A stretch of 60,134 bases of DNA from a virus (lineage: Duplodnaviria > Caudoviricetes), in the IMG/VR virus record IMGVR_UViG_3300028025_004184, positions 1 through 60,134 of that record. One strand, given 5' to 3'. Made by a program: the position numbers and the translations under genes. Shown here piece after piece: positions 28,376-38,600 of this stretch. The number at the start of each line of letters is the position of its first letter. Position 1 is the first letter of the stretch. The notes under the pieces were generated by a model that was not told the DNA's origin, ran no database searches, and saw only the letters and a program-made list of their open reading frames with translations.

Positions 28376-29212
28376 ATGTCAGATAACAAAAATTCTCAAT
28401 ATGATCCGGGGCTGATTGTTAAGGAAGTCCATGACTTTTATGGAAAATCTCTTAGAGTATCAGATTCTAGATCAGTTGTTGATAAATTTTATACACATTT
28501 TAGAGTTTCTTACACTGATGCTAATCTACCATCAGAGGTATCATATTTTAGAGGAACTCAAGCTCACAAGACAACTATAGGTTGTATCTCAGACGATAAC
28601 GCCTCTCTACAAAACTCATACATAAAGTTATACTCTGCGCCAGATAATAAGCCATTCTACTTATGGTTTAATGTTGACGAGCTTGGAACTGATCCAAATA
28701 TTGCAGACTCTACTGGTATTGAAATACCCATACAAAGCAACGATGACGCATCAGTTATTGCAGTAGCTATGTCTTTAGTTATAAATACTCTGCATAGGTC
28801 TGATTTTATAGCATCTAGAACTCACTCTGTAATAGAGATCGCTTCTGTAGGACTTGGTACTGTTACTAGCTCTTCAGATTTTGGAACAGACTTTGTAATA
28901 TCTAACTCTGTTGGAAAACAAGAGTTAATAAGTCATATCCAGATTTCTTACGAGAATCAACATCCTATTTACAAAGGTCAAGTATTAAAGAATTACATAT
29001 TCAATGTTTTTTCTGGGCAATTTGAATTAAAAGAAGATCTTACGAATGTTGTTCCAGAAGTTGTATGGGATGAGATCTCTACAACATTCCCAATGGAAAA
29101 TCAAGAGCTATATTCTTATAAAAATAATTCCGTTTTAGTTCAACATATGTTAGTGACTTATGCCGACTCTACAAAAAAGGCTATAGTCGCTATTCAAAAA
29201 ACAAGGTACTAG
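28376..29212 (+). CDS. virion structural protein
   Basis: FYLWFNV motif echoes FAAWFNI/YRVWFDK in 35643-40256. Confidence 0.6.
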   Translation: MSDNKNSQYDPGLIVKEVHDFYGKSLRVSDSRSVVDKFYTHFRVSYTDANLPSEVSYFRGTQAHKTTIGCISDDNASLQNSYIKLYSAPDNKPFYLWFNVDELGTDPNIADSTGIEIPIQSNDDASVIAVAMSLVINTLHRSDFIASRTHSVIEIASVGLGTVTSSSDFGTDFVISNSVGKQELISHIQISYENQHPIYKGQVLKNYIFNVFSGQFELKEDLTNVVPEVVWDEISTTFPMENQELYSYKNNSVLVQHMLVTYADSTKKAIVAIQKTRY

Positions 29213-29398
29213 ATGGGCTGGAAATTTGATCCTTTCGCAATGGATATTGTCTGGGTTACATCAGTTACTATTGTTGAAAATGTTGGAGATATAGATATGG
29301 GAACTATGGATAGCGATATTGCTATTGACTTAGGTTCCAGAGAGGACAGCCCTTCGGGGATTGACCAAGGTTTGAGAGTTTACGATGGCGATATTTAA
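29213..29398 (+). CDS. small structural protein
   Basis: ORF in operon. Confidence 0.55.
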   Translation: MGWKFDPFAMDIVWVTSVTIVENVGDIDMGTMDSDIAIDLGSREDSPSGIDQGLRVYDGDI

Positions 29399-29762
29399 AG
29401 CACCTAAATTAACTACTGCTCAAAGAAATACCCTAGTATTAGAGGTAAGTGAATTGGTCTATGATTTAGATCAAAAAGCCTTTTATGGAGGAGATGGTAG
29501 TGCTCAAGGTGGATTTCTAGTAGGTGCTACGTCAGGGTTTATTGTTGAAAAAGTTGAATTAACTCAACAGAATGTAGATGACAAATTTGTGACGCTTGCG
29601 CAGACACCCTTAATTCCTAGTGCAGTCATAGTTGTTCCAGAGGGAGGAATAGCTCAGGTAAATGGAATTGATTTCCAGATAGAAGGGAATAAGCTACTTT
29701 GGAGTGGACTAGGGCTGGATAATTTTTTAGACGAAAACGATGTGCTGCTAGTGCAGTACTAA
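29385..29762 (+). CDS. structural protein (fibre-associated)
   Basis: TTAQRN...ELVYDLD...GDG fibre N-terminal motif; GIDF.I.GN.L.W C-terminal module. Confidence 0.6.
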   Translation: MAIFKAPKLTTAQRNTLVLEVSELVYDLDQKAFYGGDGSAQGGFLVGATSGFIVEKVELTQQNVDDKFVTLAQTPLIPSAVIVVPEGGIAQVNGIDFQIEGNKLLWSGLGLDNFLDENDVLLVQY

Positions 29763-29781
29763 ACTCAAAAGGGAGAGTAAC

Positions 29782-32451
29782 ATGGCTCAACAAATTAAAA
29801 AGAAGTTTATCGGCCAAGATCAGGTTGATGGATCTAAGGTAAAACTTCTTAAAGACCAGTCTTTACGTGGTCAAAAACAAGATGGTTCTGATGTAGAACT
29901 ATTAAAACTAGATGGTAGCGACAAGCTAGTATCTGATGGGCAAGAAATTGCTTTTAAATCACAAGTAGATGCTGAACAAGCTCGTGCTGAAGGTGAAGAA
30001 TCTCGTATTGAGGGATTACTTTCTCAAGAAGTTTCTGACCGTCAATCTGAAGTTTCTCGTGTAGAAGGTCTTCTTTCTGATGAAGAAGCTGCTCGCATCG
30101 CTGGTGACTTAGATCTTCAAGGTCAAATGGATTCTGAAGAATCAGCTCGTATTTCAGCAGATCAAACTCTTCAATCTAATTTAGATTCTGAAGTTTCTCG
30201 TGCTGAAGGAGAAGAGTCCCGCATTGAAGGTAAAGTAGATCAAGAAATCTCTGATCGTCAATCTGCAATATCAACTGAAGAAGCTGCTCGTATTGCTGGT
30301 GATGCAAGTACTTTAGCATCTGCTAATGAGTACACAGATGGAGAAATTGAGACACTTAGTCAGTCAGTTAATTCACAACTTGAGCAAGAAATTGCTGATA
30401 GAGAAGCTGCTGATCAAAACTTACAATCTCAAGTTAATACTGAAAAAGGTCGTATTGATGCAATTTTATCAGCATCTCAAGCTGATAAAGATAGCTTTGC
30501 TGAAATCGTTGATTTAATCAATTCAGTAGATACTGAGAATGATTCAGCTTTCGCTTCTTACGTTCTTTCTAATAATGCTGCTCTAGCCCAAGAAGTTTCT
30601 GATAGACAGTCTGGAGATCAAACTCTTCAGTCTAACATTGACTCAGAAGAATCTCGTGCTATGGGTGTTGAATCTGACCTCCAATCTCAAATTGATTCTG
30701 AGGAATCAAGAGCTATGGGAGTTGAGTCTAGCTTACAAAGTCAAATTGACGCTGAAGAGTCTAGAGCTATGGGCGTTGAATCTGATCTTCAAAGCCAGAT
30801 TGATACAGAAGAGTCTCGTGCTATGTCTGCAGAATCTGCACTTAGCGGAAGAGTTTCCACTCTTGAAGCAGATGCTGTAACTAAGACTTATGTTGATACA
30901 CACGATGGTCTTTTACAAACAGCTATTACTGCTGAAGAAACAGCGAGAATTGCTGGAGATGCTGCTCTAATGTCTACTATCGAAAATCTCGATGGTTATG
31001 CACTAGACGTTCGTGATGATTTAGACGCTGAAATTGCTGCAAGAATTGCTGGTGACTTAGATCTTCAAGGTCAAATTGACAGTGAAGAAGCTGCTCGTAT
31101 CGCTGCTGTTTCTGCTGAGCAAACTGCTCGTGAAGCTGCGGATTCTACAGAGCAAGCTGCTCGTATTGCTGGTGATGATGCTTTACAAGCTTCTTTAACT
31201 CAAGAAATTTCTGATCGTCAATCTGCAGTATCTGCTGAAGCTTCTGCTAGAGAATCTGCTGATACTACGCTTCAATCTAATATTGACGCTGAAGAATCTC
31301 GTGCTATGGGCGAAGAGTCTCGCATTGAGTCTAAATTTGATGGAATGATGTCTGATGAGCAAACTGCTAGAGAAGCTGCTGACACTGTACTTCAAGGCAA
31401 TATTGATGTTGAAAAAGGTCGTATTGATGCTATTCTTTCTGCTTCTGAAGCAGACAAAGATAGTTTTGCTGAAATCGTTCAGTTGATTAACTCTGTTGAT
31501 ACTGAAAATGATCAAGCTTTTGCTGGATATGTTCTTTCTAATAATCAAGCTCTTGCTGATGAAGTATCTGCTAGAGAAGCTGCTGACACTGTACTTCAAG
31601 GTCAGATTGATGCAGAAGTAGCAAGAGCTACTGAAGCTGAGGGATTTTTACAGGATGATATAATAACAGAAACACAAGCTAGACAAGCTGCTATTTCTAA
31701 TGTTATGCAGCAGACAGACGAGAATTTTATTATGAAAAATTCTCAGAACAGAGCCAGTGGTGAAGAGGATATGTATGGTACATATGTTGGAAATGATCTA
31801 ACATTTGAAATGGGTAGATATTCTGGAGGTACTTCTGGATCAGGTACAGTACTTTTTAGTGGAAATAGCTTATCCAGTGAACTTAAGTTAATGGCAAAAA
31901 ATCAAAATGGAGATTTTGTTTCCTATTCTAGATTACAACCGAGTAACTGGATTGTTAGCGATTACATGGGATCTAATAATGTTCAGATTGCTCCGGGAGT
32001 TATACACGTACAACAAGGTAATAAGCATTTAGATTTTAGTAATTTTGACGTAGGTCAAATTGAAATTCTAAATTTTGAAGATTATTCTCCTGTGATGCCT
32101 ACTTTAGCAGGTAGTTTAGTTGTTAAAGCTTATGTTGATCAAGAAGTTTCTGATCTTTCTAGTCGTTTAGACGCTATTGAGTCTGAAACGGATGGTCCTT
32201 TCTTTGAAAAACAAAAGTTTATTATCGATGAAGCTTCTGAACTTAGCTCTATTGAGTTAAGCCACGAGTGTATCGAAAACTCACTTGTTGTTTGCGTCGG
32301 TCGTCTAATGGCTCACAAAGATGAAGATTACTCAGTATCTGTTGTTGGCGGTAAAACCGTTCTAACATGGATGGGTGATTTTGCTCAAGGTGGATCTGAA
32401 GGCATCGAGAATGGTGATGTAATTTTTGTTACATTCGCTAGAGAAGTCTAA
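29782..32451 (+). CDS. long coiled-coil fibre protein
   Basis: Many EEAARIAGD and EESRA repeats plus an internal duplication. Confidence 0.75.
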   Translation: MAQQIKKKFIGQDQVDGSKVKLLKDQSLRGQKQDGSDVELLKLDGSDKLVSDGQEIAFKSQVDAEQARAEGEESRIEGLLSQEVSDRQSEVSRVEGLLSDEEAARIAGDLDLQGQMDSEESARISADQTLQSNLDSEVSRAEGEESRIEGKVDQEISDRQSAISTEEAARIAGDASTLASANEYTDGEIETLSQSVNSQLEQEIADREAADQNLQSQVNTEKGRIDAILSASQADKDSFAEIVDLINSVDTENDSAFASYVLSNNAALAQEVSDRQSGDQTLQSNIDSEESRAMGVESDLQSQIDSEESRAMGVESSLQSQIDAEESRAMGVESDLQSQIDTEESRAMSAESALSGRVSTLEADAVTKTYVDTHDGLLQTAITAEETARIAGDAALMSTIENLDGYALDVRDDLDAEIAARIAGDLDLQGQIDSEEAARIAAVSAEQTAREAADSTEQAARIAGDDALQASLTQEISDRQSAVSAEASARESADTTLQSNIDAEESRAMGEESRIESKFDGMMSDEQTAREAADTVLQGNIDVEKGRIDAILSASEADKDSFAEIVQLINSVDTENDQAFAGYVLSNNQALADEVSAREAADTVLQGQIDAEVARATEAEGFLQDDIITETQARQAAISNVMQQTDENFIMKNSQNRASGEEDMYGTYVGNDLTFEMGRYSGGTSGSGTVLFSGNSLSSELKLMAKNQNGDFVSYSRLQPSNWIVSDYMGSNNVQIAPGVIHVQQGNKHLDFSNFDVGQIEILNFEDYSPVMPTLAGSLVVKAYVDQEVSDLSSRLDAIESETDGPFFEKQKFIIDEASELSSIELSHECIENSLVVCVGRLMAHKDEDYSVSVVGGKTVLTWMGDFAQGGSEGIENGDVIFVTFAREV
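30636..30838 (+). repeat. ~54-nt coding tandem repeat, about 4 copies (ID.EESRAMGVES.LQSQ)
   Basis: Visible in DNA and protein. Confidence 0.8.
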
Positions 32452-32461
32452 TTAATTCTAC

Positions 32462-32490
32462 GGGAGGGGAGAAATCCCCTCTCTTTTTTT
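32462..32490 (+). terminator. intrinsic terminator
   Basis: GGGAGGGGA-GAAA-TCCCCTCTC then T7. Confidence 0.85.
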
Positions 32491-32532
32491 GTGCGGTAAT
32501 TCTGCTGAAACGCACACAGCAAAGGAAAAAAT

Positions 32533-33933
32533 ATGGCTAATATATATGTAAAAAAAGATGGCTCTGGAGACAGTGTCACAATTCAAGGTGGTATCCAGTT
32601 AGCACAGGTTGGAGATATTGTAAATATCGAAGCTGGTACGTTTGATGAGAACTTAGATCTTTGGAAAGGCGTTACCCTCATGGGTGCTGGAATGGAATCT
32701 ACTATTGTCACTGGTGCTATTAGATCTGCAATAACTTCAAAGACTTTTACTTGGACACTCGGTGCTACTACTCTTACTATTTTCGGTGCTGGTAACAACA
32801 CTAGTCAATATGAAGTTGGTAGAATCGTATCAGGTACAGGTATTCCTGCAAACACTAGAATTGTTTCTAAAACAAGCACAACTTTAGTAATTTCTGCAGC
32901 TACAACTCAAGCAACTACAACTGCAAGATCTGTTGCTATGACTCTGCAAAACGATGCCACTATAAGAATGAGAGGTGTCGGTCCTAAATTAGAAAACTTG
33001 AAAGTGGTCGGATTTGACGGGGCTTCTCCGGGAGGTGAGTTTCCAGCAATTTATTTTAAAAACGCAGGACTTGGATCTGTTCCTTGTACTCAGTTTTCAG
33101 TTAAAAACTGTGAAATTGAAGCTAAGGGAGAGGGTGCACTTCTTAGTGATTACATCAATACTGTAGGAAATGGAACTGTAGAGGGATGTATTATTTCTGG
33201 AAAAACTTTTACTGGAAGTGTTCCGGGGATTGGAAATCAATACACAGTTGCTAACGTCCCAAGAGCTTTAGTTTTTTTTGCAAGTCCTAACTTGCCAATT
33301 ACATTCAAAAATAACACTATTACAGCTACAACAGGTGGGATTGCCAGCACTGGTCTTCCTTCTTATAATACAGCTGTTACAATCGATGCTTCGTCAAGTA
33401 CTGTAACTGGGAACACCTTTAACGGTGTTTTTGGTACTGGATTTGCATTACGTTGTAGAAATGTTATGACAATTGAAGATAACATTAACTACTCTATTGC
33501 TCCGTATACAAATAACGGATACTATTTTGGAGCTTCAGGATCTGAACAAGTTGGAATGAATGTTGGAACTAACATTACAATAAGTCAAGAACTAGTTGCA
33601 GTAAGTGTTGTGGCTGGTCAACCGTTAGAAGTAGAAATGAGCAAGAATATTCTAAAGAGTATGACGCAAGTTTCTTCTAGTCCCACTTTTTCTAATGATG
33701 CAAACTGGGGAATGGTAAGTTACGTATTTAAGCACACTACGTCTTCAAAGAGACTAGTTGCTTCTTTTACAGACTTTACTGAACCTAAGAGTGTAAGTCT
33801 TAAGTCTGGAATGGTGTCGGGAGATCAATATCAACTTCATAAGATTATTATATCTACTCCTTCTAGGACGCTATTAGTACTTAAGAGAAGTGATATTTCT
33901 GACGCATCTAGTTTTGATTTTACTTTAGCTTAG
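32533..33933 (+). CDS. pectin-lyase-like beta-helix protein (possible tailspike/depolymerase)
   Basis: IYVKKDGSGD..TIQ.GI..A..GD.V.I.AGTFDE cap and parallel beta-helix periodicity. Confidence 0.65.
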   Translation: MANIYVKKDGSGDSVTIQGGIQLAQVGDIVNIEAGTFDENLDLWKGVTLMGAGMESTIVTGAIRSAITSKTFTWTLGATTLTIFGAGNNTSQYEVGRIVSGTGIPANTRIVSKTSTTLVISAATTQATTTARSVAMTLQNDATIRMRGVGPKLENLKVVGFDGASPGGEFPAIYFKNAGLGSVPCTQFSVKNCEIEAKGEGALLSDYINTVGNGTVEGCIISGKTFTGSVPGIGNQYTVANVPRALVFFASPNLPITFKNNTITATTGGIASTGLPSYNTAVTIDASSSTVTGNTFNGVFGTGFALRCRNVMTIEDNINYSIAPYTNNGYYFGASGSEQVGMNVGTNITISQELVAVSVVAGQPLEVEMSKNILKSMTQVSSSPTFSNDANWGMVSYVFKHTTSSKRLVASFTDFTEPKSVSLKSGMVSGDQYQLHKIIISTPSRTLLVLKRSDISDASSFDFTLA

Positions 33934-33938
33934 TAAGT

Positions 33939-33969
33939 GGAAGGGGAGAAATCCCCTTCTTTCTATTTT
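33939..33969 (+). terminator. intrinsic terminator
   Basis: GGAAGGGGA-GAAA-TCCCCTTCT then T-rich tail. Confidence 0.8.
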
Positions 33970-34004
33970 ATAACTCTTTAATATTATTAAAATCACTATA
34001 AAAA

Positions 34005-34014
34005 CACCCTTACT
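34005..34014 (+). promoter_or_regulatory. putative phage late promoter
   Basis: CACCCTTACT just after a terminator. Confidence 0.55.
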
Positions 34015-34040
34015 TAATGTAGCATAAGGAGCTATAAACT

Positions 34041-34424
34041 ATGGAAAAGAAAGCAAAAGCTAAGTCTGAAATGCTAAAAGAACTTTCTAAGGAAATGTCT
34101 GATGACATGTATTCTCCGATGAAAGACATGATTGGCAAAAAAGGGCTTAAGAAAGTTTCTGTAATGTCTGACTCTCCGCAAGGTCTTGAAAAAGGCCTCT
34201 CTATGGCAGAAAAGCTTATGAAGCTTAAGTCTAAGCAGGGTGGCGAATCTGAGATGGAAGATGAGTCTTCTTGTGAAATGTGCAAAGGCAAAGGCTGCCG
34301 TGCTTGTGAATCAGAAGAAAGTGAATCTCCAGAGATGATGGCTGCGGATGAAGTTTCTGAGATGTCAGAAGACGAAATGATGGCTATGTACGATTTGCTA
34401 AAAGAAAAACTGGGCAAAGCCTAA
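34041..34424 (+). CDS. acidic Met/Glu-rich protein with CxxCxGxGC
   Basis: AAGGAG RBS. Confidence 0.75.
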   Translation: MEKKAKAKSEMLKELSKEMSDDMYSPMKDMIGKKGLKKVSVMSDSPQGLEKGLSMAEKLMKLKSKQGGESEMEDESSCEMCKGKGCRACESEESESPEMMAADEVSEMSEDEMMAMYDLLKEKLGKA

Positions 34425-34436
34425 AAGAGGGCTTAG

Positions 34437-35639
34437 ATGAGCAGTATTCTTAAAACCGGGGACTTAATACGCAGTATTAAGCGTCGAGCATTCATACCTT
34501 CTAGTCAAGAAACTTTCACGGATGAAGATCTGTTAGAGATGGCTACAGAGGAAGTGAATCTTGGATTAGTCCCACTAATAGAAAGAATGCATGAAGAGCA
34601 TTTGGTCTATTATATAGAAGTAGAGCTAGAGTTAAATAAGAAAAGATACCCTATTCCAGCAAGAGCGCATGGTAACAAGCTAAGAGACGTTGCGCTTGTT
34701 GATGAGAATGATAATGTTTTCGAAATGCACAGATACTCAATAAATGAGCTATCTGACTTTTCAAACACAACTGCTTACATTAACGCTCGTGGATTCTATT
34801 TAGAAAACAATGACGTCCTTTTAACAAACTTCCAGACTAATATCGGTCAAAAACTTAGACTATACTTTTATATGAGGCCTAATGTCCTTGTACTAGAAAG
34901 TATGGGAGCTTCTATTCTATCTATCTCAGATGAGGTAGAGGATAACCAGATTTCTCCAGTTTCTGGGTCTATGACTAGTCTAGTACCTTCTGGATCAAAA
35001 ACAATTATTACATCAAGTAATCATGGGCTACCATCAAATTCCAAGGTTAGAATTTCTTCAACAGGATTTACTATAGATGGCAATGTTTATGCGGTTTCTA
35101 TTATTGATGCAAATACTTTTAGTATTGGGGCTACTATCCCTTCTACTGGAACTTCCGGTACATTCACTCTAAGTATAGATGTAAAGAAACTTAGTTTAGA
35201 CTCTTTTCCAAAAAAGTTTAATCTAGCAACATCTACTCATTTTGATTTTGTTCAGCATATCTCGCCAAACAAGATAATGTATTACGATATCCCTGTTAAT
35301 AAAAAAGATGACTCAGTGTTTACAATTAGCTTCCCTGCAGATGCGTTCTCTGAGCTTCCAGTTGGATCTCACGTTACAGTTGCTGAAGACAGTATTGTGC
35401 CAAATATCCCTACTGAGCTTCATCCTATTTTAGCTCAGCGTGTAGCTGTTTCTTGTTTAGAGGCTATGGGTGATGAGGCTAATAAGCAGTCTGCTGAAAG
35501 AAAACTAGCGGCTATGGAAAAAGACGCAGGAACATTCTTAGACAATCGAGTTGAGGGTGCTCAACAAAAAATAAAATCTAGACATTCTCCATTAGTAAAT
35601 ACATTAAATACTTTAGGAAGACGAAATAGAAGGTGGTAA
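34437..35639 (+). CDS. tail tubular protein A / head-tail adaptor-like
   Basis: N-terminal LIRSIKRR helix and C-terminal IPTELHPIL; position before a nozzle-like gene. Confidence 0.6.
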   Translation: MSSILKTGDLIRSIKRRAFIPSSQETFTDEDLLEMATEEVNLGLVPLIERMHEEHLVYYIEVELELNKKRYPIPARAHGNKLRDVALVDENDNVFEMHRYSINELSDFSNTTAYINARGFYLENNDVLLTNFQTNIGQKLRLYFYMRPNVLVLESMGASILSISDEVEDNQISPVSGSMTSLVPSGSKTIITSSNHGLPSNSKVRISSTGFTIDGNVYAVSIIDANTFSIGATIPSTGTSGTFTLSIDVKKLSLDSFPKKFNLATSTHFDFVQHISPNKIMYYDIPVNKKDDSVFTISFPADAFSELPVGSHVTVAEDSIVPNIPTELHPILAQRVAVSCLEAMGDEANKQSAERKLAAMEKDAGTFLDNRVEGAQQKIKSRHSPLVNTLNTLGRRNRRW

Positions 35640-35642
35640 TTC

Positions 35643-38600
35643 ATGGCGGTACTAACGATCAAACGAGGACTAGTAACTTCGCCAAATGAATTAGCTCTGC
35701 CTGATGGGGCACTTTCTGTAGCCGATAACTGCGTTATTGACTCTGATAATATCATAGAGCCTAGAAGAGGATTTTCTGAGTTTGGAAATAAAACAGATGA
35801 GTCTGATTCTGTTGTAAAACAGTTAATGACCTACAAGGGTCGAATAATTAGACATTTCGATAGCAAGCTAAGTTTTGACTCAAACGGTAATGGATCATTT
35901 CTAAACTTCGATGGCTCATACTCTGAACTAGTATCTAGGCTAAGAATAAAATACTTCGAGCTTAACTCCAATCTATACTTTACGACAAACGAAGGTATTA
36001 AGAAAATATCGGCTAAATCGGCTGATGACTTTTCAACTAATGCTGACTATATTACTAACGCTGGAGGAGTAAAAGCAGTAGGTCTTGAGGCTAAACTTGT
36101 TCCAAATGTGGCTGGGTTTTTACCAGCTCAGTCTAAAGTTGCGTATAAGGTGCTATGGGCTAGAAAAGACGCTAATGGTAATATCATAAGAGGCGTTCCC
36201 AGCTCTAGAAAAGTTATAACCAATACCTCAACCGATGTTAATACTGGAGAATCATTTACAGTTACAGTGTATGACGCTGGTGCTGGTATTCATAAATCAT
36301 TCGATTCTACTTCTAGCATATCTAGTGGAGTTCAGACTACATTCTTAGCTGCTGCAGTAAATATTACAGACAATACAATCGCACTAACTACTGGCGCAAC
36401 CGATCACAATTATCAAACAAATGATTTAGTAAAGCTAGTACAAAATGGAACTGATGCATTACCTACAGGACTTTCTGCTGGTAACTACTATGTAATTAGA
36501 GTAGATACTAATAAGATTAAACTAAAGACAACTCCTACTGGAACAGAAGTGGATATTACTGCGACTGGAGTTAGTGGTATAATTGAAAGCACTAATGTTG
36601 GAAAAACAATTACAATAACTTCTCATGGATACGAAGATGGAGATAAAGTTAGGCTTTATGGAGTGTTGCCAAATGAACTTGATACTACTAAGACCTATTA
36701 TATAGTAAATAAGACAACCGATACATTCCAGTTATCTCTTACCTCTGGCGGAGCTGCAATTTACTTAACTAAAAAAGTTGGAACAGCTAATATCTACAGT
36801 GGCTTATCTAGTAATGACTTCTTTCTGTTTGATTCACCAACAAATAAATTTGCTGCATGGTTTAATATATCTGGAGAAGATGTTTCTCCAACAAGTAGTC
36901 TTTTACTTGGTCGTCAACTTATAGAAGTTCCTATCTATAAAATAGCTATAAAGAATAAGATAAACTATGCTTCAAAAATAGCAGAGTCTCTTTACACAAT
37001 ATCAGATATTGAAGTAGAGGTTGGCACTGAAGTTGTTACTGTTACTAACCGAGATGGCGGAGATGTGTTGGATGCTAGTCAGGGCGGTATGGATGTAACA
37101 TACGCTGCAGTATCTAAAATTTATGACGGTAGAACAGCTATAGGAACTCCTGCGAATGTACAGATTACTGCCATAGTTCCGGGGGAAATAGCTAGTAAAG
37201 ACTATTTTTATGAGGTGTATAGGACAGCTGTAGTAACTGTTCAGACTGGTCTAGCGCTAAATGATATAGATCCGGGAGAAGAGTTTCAAAAGATATTTGA
37301 GTCTCCAGTTTCTACAAATGGGACCATTCCTTCAGAAGTAGTATTTGATGATACCTTACCAGAAACTTTTAGAGAGGGTGGAGCATACCTTTACACTAAC
37401 CCAGTAACAGGTGAGGGCGTACTTCAGGCAAACGAAGCTCCTCCGATATCACACGATGTCGCTATTTTTAAAGGGTCTGCATTTTACGCAAACACTAAAG
37501 AGCGTCATAGATTACAATTTAATATACTATCTGTATCTCAGTACACATCGGGTGTATCTAAGTTATTTATTGGTAATTCTACAAAAATGAATACTTACAC
37601 TTTTGTAGGAAAAAATGAAATTTTAAAATTTACAGCTAAGAAAAAAAGTGAAACTACCGAAAGTTCTTACTTTGATATAATGTCAGCTCAAAATAAAATA
37701 AAATATAGAGTTTGGTTTGATAAAGGAGGATCTACTCCTCCTGATCAAGATAATTGTTTATTGCTTAAAGTTCCAATGCAGACTTATGAAGATACCATTC
37801 AGGGTTCTGTAGACGCTTTTGTTGAGGCTTTTTTTGATATTAATGATTTTTCAATAACAAATATTAATCATGAGTTTAACTCTCTTGATGATGTAAATAG
37901 TTCTACAGAGACAATCACTATTCCAGCTCATGGATTTTTAGATGGTGATACTGTAACCTTTTCTGGGACATCTCCAACAAATATTACTAATGACACTGTT
38001 TATTATATAGTAGATAAAACTGCTGATACCTTTAAAGTATCGCTATCTAGTGGAGGAACTCCTGTGGATATTACTGCTATTGCAGGAACTTCTAGGGTGG
38101 CACAAACAACCGTTATTGTAACTTACGCTGACAATGGTGACGCAGATCCCGTAGTTCAATCTTCTCCAGCTACCGGTTGGATTTCTCCTACTATAATTCA
38201 AGAAGGTGATGGAGAGAATGCTTCAAATAATGAAGTACTATTATCAGGACTCGCTTCTCAATCCTTATCTATTGAAGACACAGCTAGATCTTTAGAGAAA
38301 GTCATAAACAAAGACCCTACTTCTCCAGTAAATGCATTTTATTTATCAGGCTTAAATGACCTTCCCGGATTGTTATTACTGGAATCTAGGTCTCTTCTGG
38401 ATGACCCATTCTACCTAGCTTTTAATGAAGAGTTTACAGACTCTCTAGGTAATCCAATAGCAGTATTTGAACCTAGTTTGCCAGTAGCGAAAACAATTAC
38501 TAGCATTGTAACTTCTACTCCTGAAGCTGTGTTTTATACAACCCCTGTTTTGCATGGATTATCTTTAAATCAAGAAGTTTATGCATACGTAGACGCTACC

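Noticed and set aside
30636-30838. Regular repeats as a CRISPR array
   Set aside because: In-frame coding repeats with synonymous variation and no unique spacers
19491-33933. Diversity-generating retroelement acting on fibre genes
   Set aside because: No reverse transcriptase and no adenine-specific template/variable repeat pair seen
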